Below are positions 1 to 9,500 of a stretch of 55,866 nt of DNA, piece by piece. Position 1 is the first letter of the stretch. Each line of letters opens with the position of its first letter. A program made the translations under genes and the position numbers. Below the pieces are notes generated by a model, which worked only from the letters and a program-made list of their open reading frames with translations, had not been told where the DNA came from and made no database searches. This stretch comes from a virus. Taxonomy: Duplodnaviria > Caudoviricetes. The DNA is taken from positions 1 through 55,866 of the IMG/VR virus record IMGVR_UViG_3300033417_000010, one strand, 5' to 3'.

Positions 1-126
1 TCGATCGCGCTGATGTACTCATCGACCTGCGGCCTCAGCTCGTCCCAGATCGCGGCCATTTCTGGTGTCAGGTGCTTGGGCTTTTTCATGGCTACGCCGT
101 CCAGCGGGCGGGCGCGGGCTCGCCCA
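1..126. repeat. Terminal direct repeat (circular assembly overlap), copy 1
   Basis: Bases 1-126 are identical to 55736-55861. Genes read continuously across the junction. Confidence 0.95.
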
Positions 127-547
127 ACAGGCCGCGGGTATCCCAGTGGACGAATGTCGAATACGTCCCGACGCCCCACAGATCCCGGTCGCGCCCCGGA
201 AACAGCCGCTCCATGGCCTCCACAGTCTCGGCCACCGACAACCCGAGCACCGTGCAGTCGAACGCATTGAACCTCATGTGAATCGAGCCGCTGGCACCGC
301 CGACCGCGTTGTTCGCCCGATAGTCCCGGTAGCCTCGCCGGCCGTGTGCGCGCGTGCAGATGACGATCGGCTTGCCGATGTAGCTCCGGAACCGCTGGAT
401 GCGCACGATCGTCGGCATGGCGTTGTCCCACAGGCCCATCGGCGGGACGCCGCCTGTCTCGGTGGCGAACTCGGACGGCACAAAGTCTGTGACGCCGTAG
501 CGTTGCAGCTCGCGGCCGAAGTCGCGCTCGTACAGGTCGTAGATCAC
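92..547 (-). CDS. Peptidase M15A-family (D-Ala-D-Ala carboxypeptidase-like) endolysin
   Basis: Motifs GYR..NxAVGGASGSIH..FNAFD and GVGTYSTFVHWDTRG provide the H, D, H zinc ligands typical of M15A. Located at the end of the late operon. Confidence 0.85.
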   Translation of the reverse strand: MIYDLYERDFGRELQRYGVTDFVPSEFATETGGVPPMGLWDNAMPTIVRIQRFRSYIGKPIVICTRAHGRRGYRDYRANNAVGGASGSIHMRFNAFDCTVLGLSVAETVEAMERLFPGRDRDLWGVGTYSTFVHWDTRGLLGEPAPARWTA

Positions 548-984
548 ACGCCCACGGCCGGCTCAGCCCCGCTCGCCACATCGTCCCACGTCGCCCAGCC
601 CTCGGCCGCGATCAGCGACGCAGGGAACGGCGGCACGTCGCCGGTCATTTCCTCGACCGCCCGCGCACAGTACAGCCACACGGTCAGAGACTGGTCCCGG
701 TCGCGACGGTAGCCGAGAGTGCCGTCCGGGCGGCGCATGATCTTGCCCTGACTGTACAGGTCCAGCCACGCCAGCCGGCCCTCGGTGGTGTCCTCCGCGA
801 ACCCGTCGCGGACCGCGTTGTGGAACGCGCGAACGTAGTGACTGCCGGCCGCGCCCTTGAAGTACTCGGTGATCCAGGTCTCCACGGTGCGCGCGTGCTG
901 GTCCGGCGCGTTGCCGGTCTGTATCGGGCCACTCGTCAGATAGACGTTGGTGGCCGCGTCGAAGATGATCTTGGTCGGTATCAT
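544..984 (-). CDS. Hypothetical protein (146 aa)
   Basis: Protein-like composition; stop/start overlaps with neighbours. Confidence 0.7.
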   Translation of the reverse strand: MIPTKIIFDAATNVYLTSGPIQTGNAPDQHARTVETWITEYFKGAAGSHYVRAFHNAVRDGFAEDTTEGRLAWLDLYSQGKIMRRPDGTLGYRRDRDQSLTVWLYCARAVEEMTGDVPPFPASLIAAEGWATWDDVASGAEPAVGV

Positions 985-1220
985 GCTGGCTCCGTTGGTG
1001 GTCTCGTGAAGTACTCGGCGTCGGCCGGATCGACAGCGCCCCAGCCGGACTCGGGGAACTCATCGGGCTTAACGAACCATCGAGTACCCGTCTCCAGCTT
1101 GGTGATCCGGATGCGGCCCTTCATGCACTTGCCCTTCGGCCCGGTGGCCTCGTTGACGATGTAGTCGTCATCGGCGGCCCAGACCGCCTCGAACGTGCCG
1201 ACCTTCTCGATGCGCGGCAT
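981..1220 (-). CDS. Hypothetical protein (79 aa)
   Basis: Coupled overlaps with flanking ORFs. Confidence 0.7.
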   Translation of the reverse strand: MPRIEKVGTFEAVWAADDDYIVNEATGPKGKCMKGRIRITKLETGTRWFVKPDEFPESGWGAVDPADAEYFTRPPTEPA

Positions 1221-1507
1221 CAGGCCGACACCCGGTTGCGGATCGCCTCGATGTCACGATTCATGTGCATGAGATCCCGCCCGATCGACGTGACCTCATT
1301 GCCGATCGTCTGGAGTCGCGACGTGGTACCGTCCTCGAATCCCTGCATCTGCGCGCTCAGTCTCGCGATCTCGGCATGCAGCCCCTCACACGGGTGCGGG
1401 GCCTTGCCCCTATCGCGGAACTGCGACGCGATCACGATGCCGAGCATGACCAGCACCACGCCGGGCGCGCCGTACTCGCCCAGCAGCGCGATGATCTCGG
1501 GGCTCAT
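1220..1507 (-). CDS. Small membrane protein with N-terminal TM and coiled coil (holin/antiholin-like)
   Basis: Hydrophobic segment GVVLVMLGIVIA followed by a heptad-like stretch; GGAGGT RBS upstream; near the endolysin. Confidence 0.6.
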   Translation of the reverse strand: MSPEIIALLGEYGAPGVVLVMLGIVIASQFRDRGKAPHPCEGLHAEIARLSAQMQGFEDGTTSRLQTIGNEVTSIGRDLMHMNRDIEAIRNRVSA

Positions 1508-2105
1508 CGGTGACTACCTCCATTCGCGTCCGGGGCTCCGCGACCACTGCGTATGCCATCAGTGTGAGCGCGATCAGTCGCACGGTCTGGTATCCGGTCC
1601 ATGTCATGATCCAGCCGGCCGTGAGACGCGGCGCCTGGAATCCGAGCGCAAGCAGGAACGGGATCGTCGCGCCACAATAGAGCACAAGCGCCGCCCGGTA
1701 CGGCGCAACCGCGGGCTGTCGGTACGCAACCAGCGCGATCCACGCGCCGGCCACGACATGCACGCCCATCTCGACGCTCTGTTGATCCGCGCCCGCCCAC
1801 GACACCGCGACCAGCAGCCCGTAGAACAGCCACACGATCCGCTGATGCTCGCGCGGCTGAACGACCGACATGATGACCGCGAACTGCACCGGGATCACGA
1901 CGTACGTCAGCCACAGCGTTTCGTGGCCGTTCGCGCGGAGCTGCCAGTCCATCCAGCCGGTGATGGCCGAGATTGCGAACGCGCAGACCAGCAGGATCGC
2001 GTCCGGGTCGGGCTTGCGACCGCGCAGGATCTCCCACACGACGGCCGCCAGCGGAACCAGCCCAATCGCGATCGCTCCAGCCTGCGCCCAGCGGAACGCA
2101 GTCAT
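1410..2105 (-). CDS. Polytopic (~7 TM) membrane protein
   Basis: About seven hydrophobic stretches; start overlaps the upstream stop (TGATG). Confidence 0.75.
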   Translation of the reverse strand: MTAFRWAQAGAIAIGLVPLAAVVWEILRGRKPDPDAILLVCAFAISAITGWMDWQLRANGHETLWLTYVVIPVQFAVIMSVVQPREHQRIVWLFYGLLVAVSWAGADQQSVEMGVHVVAGAWIALVAYRQPAVAPYRAALVLYCGATIPFLLALGFQAPRLTAGWIMTWTGYQTVRLIALTLMAYAVVAEPRTRMEVVTDEPRDHRAAGRVRRARRGAGHARHRDRVAVPR

Positions 2106-2407
2106 CAGTCGCCGTTGGGCGGCGGGTCACAGTCCGGCGGGCACGGGACCGCGATGTTGAAGCCTTCGCTTTCCTCCCCGTAGCCCGATGCCTTCGGCGC
2201 CTTCTCTGGCCGACTCGTGTAGTGCCAGAGCGTGACCACGCCTTTTTCGGTCAGCCCGAAACGCGCTCTCGGCTCTAGCGACTCATCAGCCTTCAGCGCC
2301 TCGAGAATCGCCTCCATGCCCTCCATAAACGCTTCCCGAGGCCAGCGGAAATACTGCGCCTCCAGCCCGGCCGCCCGGTACCTGCGCCTGTCCTCAGCCA
2401 TGCTCAT
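2105..2407 (-). CDS. Small protein with C-terminal PCPPxC motif (100 aa)
   Basis: ATG at 2407 with GAGGAGG RBS; ends FNIAVPCPPDCDPPPNGD. Confidence 0.75.
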   Translation of the reverse strand: MSMAEDRRRYRAAGLEAQYFRWPREAFMEGMEAILEALKADESLEPRARFGLTEKGVVTLWHYTSRPEKAPKASGYGEESEGFNIAVPCPPDCDPPPNGD

Positions 2408-2417
2408 AGTGCCCTCC

Positions 2418-2873
2418 TCAAGGTGTACGTCCTCGTACCCCACACCGCGCCAGCACGGCCGGCCCCGACTGCGCCGCGATGGCCTCGACGAAACACTCGA
2501 TCCGGTCGAGTCGCGCGGAGTCTGTCCGCTGTCGGTCGCGCAGCACGCGCAGCACATCGAGGCTGGACTCGACCGACTCCAGTCGTCGCAGCCCCTCGCC
2601 GACGATCTGGCCCTGCAGTCGGATGTGCTCGTCCAGCCGGACCGAATCGCTTTCGATGCGCTCGGCATTCACGAGGGCCGCTGCAGCCCCGCTCGCGAAT
2701 CGCTCGCGATCGAGAATGAACCTGCTGCCCGCCAGCCCCGCAGTCAGCCCGAGCCCGACCAGCCCTATCGCAGCGAGCGCGGCCTTGTGCGCACCGGACA
2801 GTTGGGTCAGCCAACCCCACGGCGTCGTGAGCAACCCAAGAGCAGCGGTTGCCGGCTGCCAGTCTACCGCCAC
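2418..2873 (-). CDS. TM plus coiled-coil protein, lysis accessory (holin/antiholin/spanin-like)
   Basis: Hydrophobic segment AALAAIGLVGLGLTAGLAG, then a coiled coil and two C-terminal Cys. Confidence 0.6.
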   Translation of the reverse strand: MAVDWQPATAALGLLTTPWGWLTQLSGAHKAALAAIGLVGLGLTAGLAGSRFILDRERFASGAAAALVNAERIESDSVRLDEHIRLQGQIVGEGLRRLESVESSLDVLRVLRDRQRTDSARLDRIECFVEAIAAQSGPAVLARCGVRGRTP

Positions 2874-4672
2874 GGCACGCCGGCAAGCAGCGCCTCTGCG
2901 CCCTGCGCCCACATATCGCCATACGTCTCATTCCACTGTTTCGGCGTGCCCAGGTACGCAGCCTGCGCACACTCGATCGCGGTCAGCGCGGCATCGGCGT
3001 ACCGCTGCTCGCCGGTCTCCTGCCACGCGACCGCGAAGATCCACGGATAGAAGCCCGCCGTGTCGCGCGACTCGCCGTTGACATCGCTCTGGCTGATCTT
3101 GTTCGAGAGGTAGGGCAGGCAGCGCACACCCTTGCGGGACACCTCGTCCGCCAGATGCGAGATGATCCTCATGGCGAGGTCGTACGCGACCCGGTCGCCG
3201 GTGTCGCGGAACCAGACGAGCAACGCGCGGGCGGCGAGCGCATTGATGAAATACGCCTCGGTCGTCCCAATCTCGCCATGCGTCGCGACCTTGCTGTGCA
3301 CGGGCGACTCGAGCGAGCCGTCACCACCGCGCCGCTGCTCCGCAGCCAGCATCCACTGCACCTGCTGTGCGCCCGCGGCGTCCCATGAACCCAGCCCGGC
3401 GTTGAACCCGCACGACGTGTTTGCCTGATTGCGCACGTACGGGATGCCCAAGCGACGCGCGATCGTGAATACCTGGAGCGAGATCGCGGGGATGCGCCAG
3501 CCGCCATTCAGGTTCGTGACCGACTGGTATCCCCACGGATCGGTCGTCGAGCACTGCGCGTTGACGTGCAGGTGCGTGAGCGCGTCCGGATCGCCCTCGA
3601 GCAGATACAGCGCCTCGATGCTGAACATGCCGGTGTTGTTGTGCGGCTGCATATTGAAGCTGTTCTTCTTGGTCCACTGGAGATACCAGCGAACTGCATC
3701 CACGCCATGCGAATAGATCGCGTTCGTGGCGTCCAGCGGCAGGCCGTGCCGGGTGCTCCACATCAGGCGGCTGACCAGCGCCCCGTAGTGCATCCCGGTC
3801 GCCGCCGTCTCGCCCGGCCGCGGCTGCGGTTGGGTCTGTCCGACAGCGACGTGGTCATATGACGCCTGCTCGGCCGCGATGTATCGCTGGTCGTAGCGCC
3901 CGAACGGAGCCGAACCCGTCGCCGTGATCGTCGGACCGAGCGTGTAGAACAGACCTGCTGGCGTGCGGTTCGTGCTGTCCGCGGGCGGCGGCGGCATCGG
4001 TGGCGGTGTCGGCGGTCCCGGCGGCGGTGCGGGAGCCGCCGAGTCCGGTGCGAGGATGCGCAACGTGTCCGCGCCCGCGGCCGTGACGGTCAGTGCATCG
4101 CCGGCACCGTAGTTCTGCCAGCCGACGACGGTCCGGCCGTTGCTCGTCGATGTGCGATTGAACACGCAGCACGTACCGTTGCCAAACTGCCCGCCGCTGA
4201 TCTCGAAGCGCACCGCGTGGCCCTGGATCGGGCTGCCCAGCGAGTCGCGAACGAAGACCTCAACGTCGCGGCCGAAGTTCGTCAGCGTCTCCGTGGCCGA
4301 CAGCGCAACAGCCGACGCGGGCGGCACCGTAGTCGTATCGGGTGGCACCGTCGTTGTGTCCGGCGGAATGGTCGTCGTGTCCACATAGACCGTATCGACC
4401 CGGACGACCGTGACCGTATCGACCCGGACCGGCGGCGCCTTGCCGGGCAGGTACGCGAACCCGTCCCAGGTCAGGCCGGTGCGCTCCTCCTGCAGCACGC
4501 AGCGCACGGCGTCCGCCTGCACGGGCACCCACTGCTGCACCCGGCTCCACACCGTCGAGTCCGAGTCCGGCCAGACGAACCAGTATCGAATCGGCTGCTG
4601 CTGACTCGGCTGCTGCGCGCTTGCCCCGCCACCAGCCGCGAGCAACGCGGCAACTATCAGTAATCGTTTCAT
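2864..4672 (-). CDS. Secreted protein: signal peptide, DTTT(I/V)PP repeats, Ig-like domain, Pro linker, helical (possible alpha/alpha-toroid) C-domain
   Basis: Start at MKRLLIVAALLAAGGGASA (signal-peptide-like) with AGGAG RBS; Ig-like motif VRDSLGSPIQGHAVRF; aromatic-rich helical C-terminus. Confidence 0.7.
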   Translation of the reverse strand: MKRLLIVAALLAAGGGASAQQPSQQQPIRYWFVWPDSDSTVWSRVQQWVPVQADAVRCVLQEERTGLTWDGFAYLPGKAPPVRVDTVTVVRVDTVYVDTTTIPPDTTTVPPDTTTVPPASAVALSATETLTNFGRDVEVFVRDSLGSPIQGHAVRFEISGGQFGNGTCCVFNRTSTSNGRTVVGWQNYGAGDALTVTAAGADTLRILAPDSAAPAPPPGPPTPPPMPPPPADSTNRTPAGLFYTLGPTITATGSAPFGRYDQRYIAAEQASYDHVAVGQTQPQPRPGETAATGMHYGALVSRLMWSTRHGLPLDATNAIYSHGVDAVRWYLQWTKKNSFNMQPHNNTGMFSIEALYLLEGDPDALTHLHVNAQCSTTDPWGYQSVTNLNGGWRIPAISLQVFTIARRLGIPYVRNQANTSCGFNAGLGSWDAAGAQQVQWMLAAEQRRGGDGSLESPVHSKVATHGEIGTTEAYFINALAARALLVWFRDTGDRVAYDLAMRIISHLADEVSRKGVRCLPYLSNKISQSDVNGESRDTAGFYPWIFAVAWQETGEQRYADAALTAIECAQAAYLGTPKQWNETYGDMWAQGAEALLAGVPWR

Positions 4673-4848
4673 GCTACAGGCTCCTTGTAAGATCGCTGAA
4701 CGTCCTGAGCGGACACCTTGCCGCCCTGGGCAGCCTTCCGCTCCATGAACAGTCGAACTCGCCGCGGCATACCGATATTCAGCCGGTCCCTCGCCCAGTC
4801 GTCGGCTTTCACCGCCAGCGCCGCGCGCTTCGAGCATCCGCATCCCAT
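4669..4848 (-). CDS. Small protein MGCGCSKR... (59 aa), not in ORF track
   Basis: Hand translation MGCGCSKRAALAVKADDWARDRLNIGMPRRVRLFMERKAAQGGKVSAQDVQRSYKEPVA; fills the gap and its stop overlaps the next ATG. Confidence 0.6.
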   Translation of the reverse strand: MGCGCSKRAALAVKADDWARDRLNIGMPRRVRLFMERKAAQGGKVSAQDVQRSYKEPVA

Positions 4849-4850
4849 AA

Positions 4851-6593
4851 TCAGATGTAGTAGCCAGTGATCGATGTCAGGTACGTGCGGCCGGCGACTC
4901 CACCGGTCTTGAGCACGACCTGATAGACGTACTGCCGGTACGGATCGACGCCCTGGACGCCGGGGCTGACCCCGACCCGGAAGCTGCCCTTGTACGCTTC
5001 GGTATTGCTGCCGCCGTACTCGAATCGCGGGTCTCGGCCGCTCGCGAGCAACGTTGGCGTGCCACCATCCTCGATCTGGTAGATGTCAACCGCGTACGGT
5101 CCGCCGGTCGCGGCCTCGATCGACTGTGTGTGATCCCAGGACAGCAGGTGGTAGTCGTGGCCGTTGGAGTCCGGATCGACCTGGAGTTCAACGGCCAGGT
5201 TCGACAGCGCGCCGCCCGTCGTGCCGGCGCCGATCTCCGGGTCGACCGGGTTCGGAATCAGCGGCCGGCTGATCGGCGCCTCGCGCCCAGTGATCCGCGT
5301 CAGGTCCTCCTGTTTGGCCGACAGTACGACGCGGCTGACGCCCGCCGTGGTCTTCCGCAGATCACGACGCAGATCCACGACGCGCGTCAGTACTGAACCG
5401 CTCAGCAATTCCGGGTCGAACACGGTCGCAGGCACGCCCTTCCGGATCTCGTCGAACTCGAACGTGGCCGGGTCGATCCGGTAGCGATCGGCGATGTCGA
5501 CCTCGTAGGACGCCTGCGGCTCGCCGAACAACGCAAGCTCATCGTTGGTCGCGTGCCAGAGCTGGTTGCTGGCGATCCGGTCGTAGAAGATCGGCGGCTT
5601 CGTGGGCGTCTGCGTGAACATCGCGGCGTCGAGGTAGAAGATCGCATCCTCGCCAATGCCGGCCCTCTTCATGACGCGCATCTTGACCTGTTTGGCGCCA
5701 ATCTCCCACAGGTCAATCCCTTCTATCGAGATATCCGTCCACACGTTCAGCCGCGTGATCTCGGCCAGTGCACCAGACGGGTCCGGGAAGACGACGCCGC
5801 CGGAGCTGTAGGCGCCGGACTGAGTGCCGATCGGGTCCGCGATGATCTCCATGCGGACGTCATCGCCCGTGATCAGCATCATGGATATCACGGCCGAGAA
5901 GTACGGGTGTTCGGCCGACGGGTACACCGGGAACCATTCCGACTCGATGCCAAAATGCGTCGTGCCGGTGCAGTCCATGTAGATCGAGTAGGGACCATAG
6001 CGGCGGTACCGCTCATCCGTGATCTGCTGATGGACGCCATCGACGTACGGCCACGAACTCGGGACCGCCGGCGTGCCGGTCCAGGTTTGCAGGAACGGGT
6101 CCGGGTTCAACACGTCGATCGGCGGGATGTCGTTCCTCTCGACTGTTGCCTCGACCATGCCGTAGGTCGAAATGGAGGCTGGCCGATCCAGCCGCGTGAG
6201 CTGGTACCAGCCGTTCGGAGCGCACGGGTCGATCACACGGATATGCACGAACTCGCCGACGACCAGCGTGTTCGGGTCGAACGTGCGAAGCGTCAGCACG
6301 CCGGCGGCCGTCGAAGCCGTGATCTCGAACAGCGTCGACGACCCGACGAGCTGGACGCCGAGCACGTTCAACTGGTCCGCGTACCGCACCGGATCGCCGG
6401 TCAGGTCCGGCCCGATCGTGATCGTCTGCGCGGTCACGTCCCGGTCGATGATCTCCCAGCGCGCATTGCCCATCGTCCAGTGGATGCCGTCGACCGCCAC
6501 GCCCTTCGGATAGACGCGGTTCCGCAGCACTCGCGCATCGAGATCGCGCGAGAGTCCGAGCAGGTTTTTGCGGTACCGCAGTCGGACGGTCAT
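4851..6593 (-). CDS. Tail tip protein; C-terminal part of Tal/prophage tail endopeptidase-like hub
   Basis: Starts RYRKNLLGLSRDLDARVLRNRVYPKG and later contains PQASYEVDIAD..FDEIRKG..V.DPEL, both typical of siphophage tail-hub proteins. Confidence 0.7.
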   Translation of the reverse strand: MTVRLRYRKNLLGLSRDLDARVLRNRVYPKGVAVDGIHWTMGNARWEIIDRDVTAQTITIGPDLTGDPVRYADQLNVLGVQLVGSSTLFEITASTAAGVLTLRTFDPNTLVVGEFVHIRVIDPCAPNGWYQLTRLDRPASISTYGMVEATVERNDIPPIDVLNPDPFLQTWTGTPAVPSSWPYVDGVHQQITDERYRRYGPYSIYMDCTGTTHFGIESEWFPVYPSAEHPYFSAVISMMLITGDDVRMEIIADPIGTQSGAYSSGGVVFPDPSGALAEITRLNVWTDISIEGIDLWEIGAKQVKMRVMKRAGIGEDAIFYLDAAMFTQTPTKPPIFYDRIASNQLWHATNDELALFGEPQASYEVDIADRYRIDPATFEFDEIRKGVPATVFDPELLSGSVLTRVVDLRRDLRKTTAGVSRVVLSAKQEDLTRITGREAPISRPLIPNPVDPEIGAGTTGGALSNLAVELQVDPDSNGHDYHLLSWDHTQSIEAATGGPYAVDIYQIEDGGTPTLLASGRDPRFEYGGSNTEAYKGSFRVGVSPGVQGVDPYRQYVYQVVLKTGGVAGRTYLTSITGYYI

Positions 6594-9500
6594 GGGCGGG
6601 CGCTCTGGTACTTGCTGAGGTAGCTGACAACAGCCGCCCGGTCATCGGTGCTCAGGACGTGATCGTAAGCCACGACCGCGAACCAGTCCGAGGGGAACAC
6701 GTTACTTCCGCCGCCATCGCCGCCGAAGAGCAGCGTCGCCGGCCAGCCGACCGTATTGGTCAATCGCTGCGCGACCTGCGTGCCGTTCATGTACTGCGTC
6801 TTGGTCCCGGCTTCCGCCGAGCTGCCGAACGTGTGAACCGCCGTCAGGTCGCCCGAACTCGCGTACGTGTAGCGCAGGCTGGTGCCGAAATTGTCATAGA
6901 TGTTACCGTCATTCCAGCAGTAGACTGAGACCGCGCCGCTGCCCAGGTGCCATGAGGCGTTATTATTCCCCGCCCCGCCCGCAGCCGGGCAATTGTCGTT
7001 TCGGAGTGCGATGAAAATTTCTGCCGCTGCGCCGAAGAAGTTCAGGACCTGTAGCCTACGAATCCCGGCGGCGGTAAACCGGACGGACGGCCAGCCAAGG
7101 CCCGCATCCGCATCGAACGTTGGCCGCAACCCGGCCGACGCCTGCACGAGATGGTTATCTTCGCCGGACTCATCATCCCACTGCGCGATGGGGTCAGTGT
7201 CGGCGTGCGTGGCCTCCAGCGATTCGACCTCGCAGAGCAGGAGCAGGCCGCCGATGTCCGACGGGTGGAACGACGGGCTGGGGCTCGGAGATGGAGAGGG
7301 CGAAGGTTCGGGGGACGGACTCGGCGACGGACTCGGCGACGGACTGGCCGAAGGCGATGCGCTCGCACTCGCGCCCACTGTGATCTGCTGCGTCGTCGTG
7401 CAGGTTGCCCCATCGTAATCCGTGACCGTCAGGCTGACCGTGTACGTCCCGTCCCCCGCATAGACGTGCGTCGGGTTCTGCTCGGTCGAGCCGGACGTTG
7501 AATCACCGAAGTCCCATTCCCATTCCAGCACTTCGGATGCCGGTGTCGAGCCGTCCGTAAACGTGACCGTCAATCCGCTCTCGTCCGCCGTGAACGAACA
7601 CACAAGGGTCGAATCCGCACCGACCGCCGTGATCAGATCGATCCGGTACAGGTCGCAGGCACGCGGGACGTCGAGTTCCATGCCTGTCGCTTCGGCCAGC
7701 TTGTAGAGCGCCGACAGCGGCGTGTCCCACGAGTATTCGATGGTCACAGGGTCCGTCGCTGCGTGGTTCCTGCCGGCCACGAAGTAACGGGGCGACTGGC
7801 CGAGAATGAAGTCGATGTGCTGCGCCGGCGTCAGAACGAGCGGGAAGTCGAAGTAGACCAGCCCGTTCGCTTCGATCCGCTTGAGCACGCGTGTTCCGAG
7901 GTCGTACCAGATCGCATCCAGCTCGAGCCGCGTCAGCAAAGCGTTCCGGTCGCCGCGCGAATCCGTAAGCCGGGCAACCCGGTACTCCGTGTAGGTCAGG
8001 TCCGCCCAGTGGATGCGCAGCACCTTCCGTGCGCGCAGGTACGTCCATACCTTGGCCGCCGTTATCGCGCCGGTCGCTCGCGGAAACAGAAGCTCCGCCC
8101 GCTCTTCGCCTTCCAGTTCCTCGTGATCGCTGACGTCGATGAACTGCGGCACGAACGCCTGACGGGAGGCGCCATTGCCTTCGACATCTGCCCAGATCTC
8201 GGCACGCCGTGCCCAGGTGACATGGATCGGATCCCTCGGGCAGGGTCCGGGGATAATCTCGATGCAGACTGTATCGAACGGACCGTACTCGCAGCCGTCG
8301 AAGGCGCGGACGTAGAGGATCAACTCGCCAGCCGGGATGCCGGCCATGCTCCACGGAGTGTCCGTGTCCGGCTGGATAGTCCCGAGCGCGAAGATCTCGA
8401 CCAGTGTCGCGCCACCATCGGCGCTGTAGTAGACCTCGTACGTCAGCGGGTCCGAGTCCGGGTCGGTCGCGGCGCTGAAGTTCAACGTGATCGACGTCGG
8501 CGCGCTGAACACCTGGCCGGCGAACGGTTTCACCCAGACCGGCGCGGTCGGCGGACTGTTTTCATCGATCGTGAAGCTGTCTTCGGCGCTCGTAGTTGGA
8601 GAACCGTCGACGGTGATCGTGGCCCGCCAGATGTAGTCGCCCGCCGGCAGCGCATAGGGCCCGAACGTCAGCAGGTCGGCGGCCTGATGGCCCGTGTCGA
8701 GCAGCGGGCTCGTGAAGTACGGATCGGACGCGGAGGCGATCTCCCAGCGCGTCGTCGAGTGGCCTGGGCCGTACGTGCCGCCCGGTGGCGTGATGTCGAG
8801 CGTGACCTCGTCGCAGACGACAGTGTCATCGGTGGGGATGATCGTCGTGAGGGGCGTACCCGCAGGGACCGGGCTGCAGGAAGGGTCGGACAAAAGAACG
8901 ATGCATGGCCGTGTGGTACCGATGGCACCCGAGCCACCAAACGTAGCCTGCAAAACTCGTCCGGTCGCAATGCCGCATCTGCCGCATGCAAACTCGTACC
9001 CCAAGTCAATGGTCTCATCCACATCCCAGTTGCCATCGTAAAACTGCGAGGTCCCTACAAAGCCACCCACACCAACGCCAACCTGCAACCGTACAACGGT
9101 CGGTTGCAGAATGCGGTCCGGCTTGGTCAGTCGAACGGTCAGCCCGACTTCCACGGAGTAGTCGCACAGCGGCGGCAGCGCTGTTTTCGTATACACCGAC
9201 CTCACGCCGCCGCCGCTGTGGGCGTTGTGCGTTGGGGCGCTGTTCGCGAACCCATACACCAGCTGCGACTGTACGCTCGATCCGTCATACGGATACCCGC
9301 CGACAGATAGCCCACTATTCGCCAAGCATGGCATAACCGCCTGGATTCGGATTCCGACGAACAGTCCAGTGGTCGTCTCATCCGCATCGTTACCCGATGC
9401 GCCGATCACAACACCAGCGGCCCACCCCTCGGCGGGATATGGAGCCCACCATGGTATTCCCGACGCCCAGGAAAACCCAACAACGGTAGAAACCTCCGCT

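Noticed and set aside
1-126. Biological terminal repeat (T7-like DTR)
   Set aside because: The length is close to an assembler k-mer, it falls inside genes, and the terminase is lambda cos-type with a cos-like motif elsewhere.
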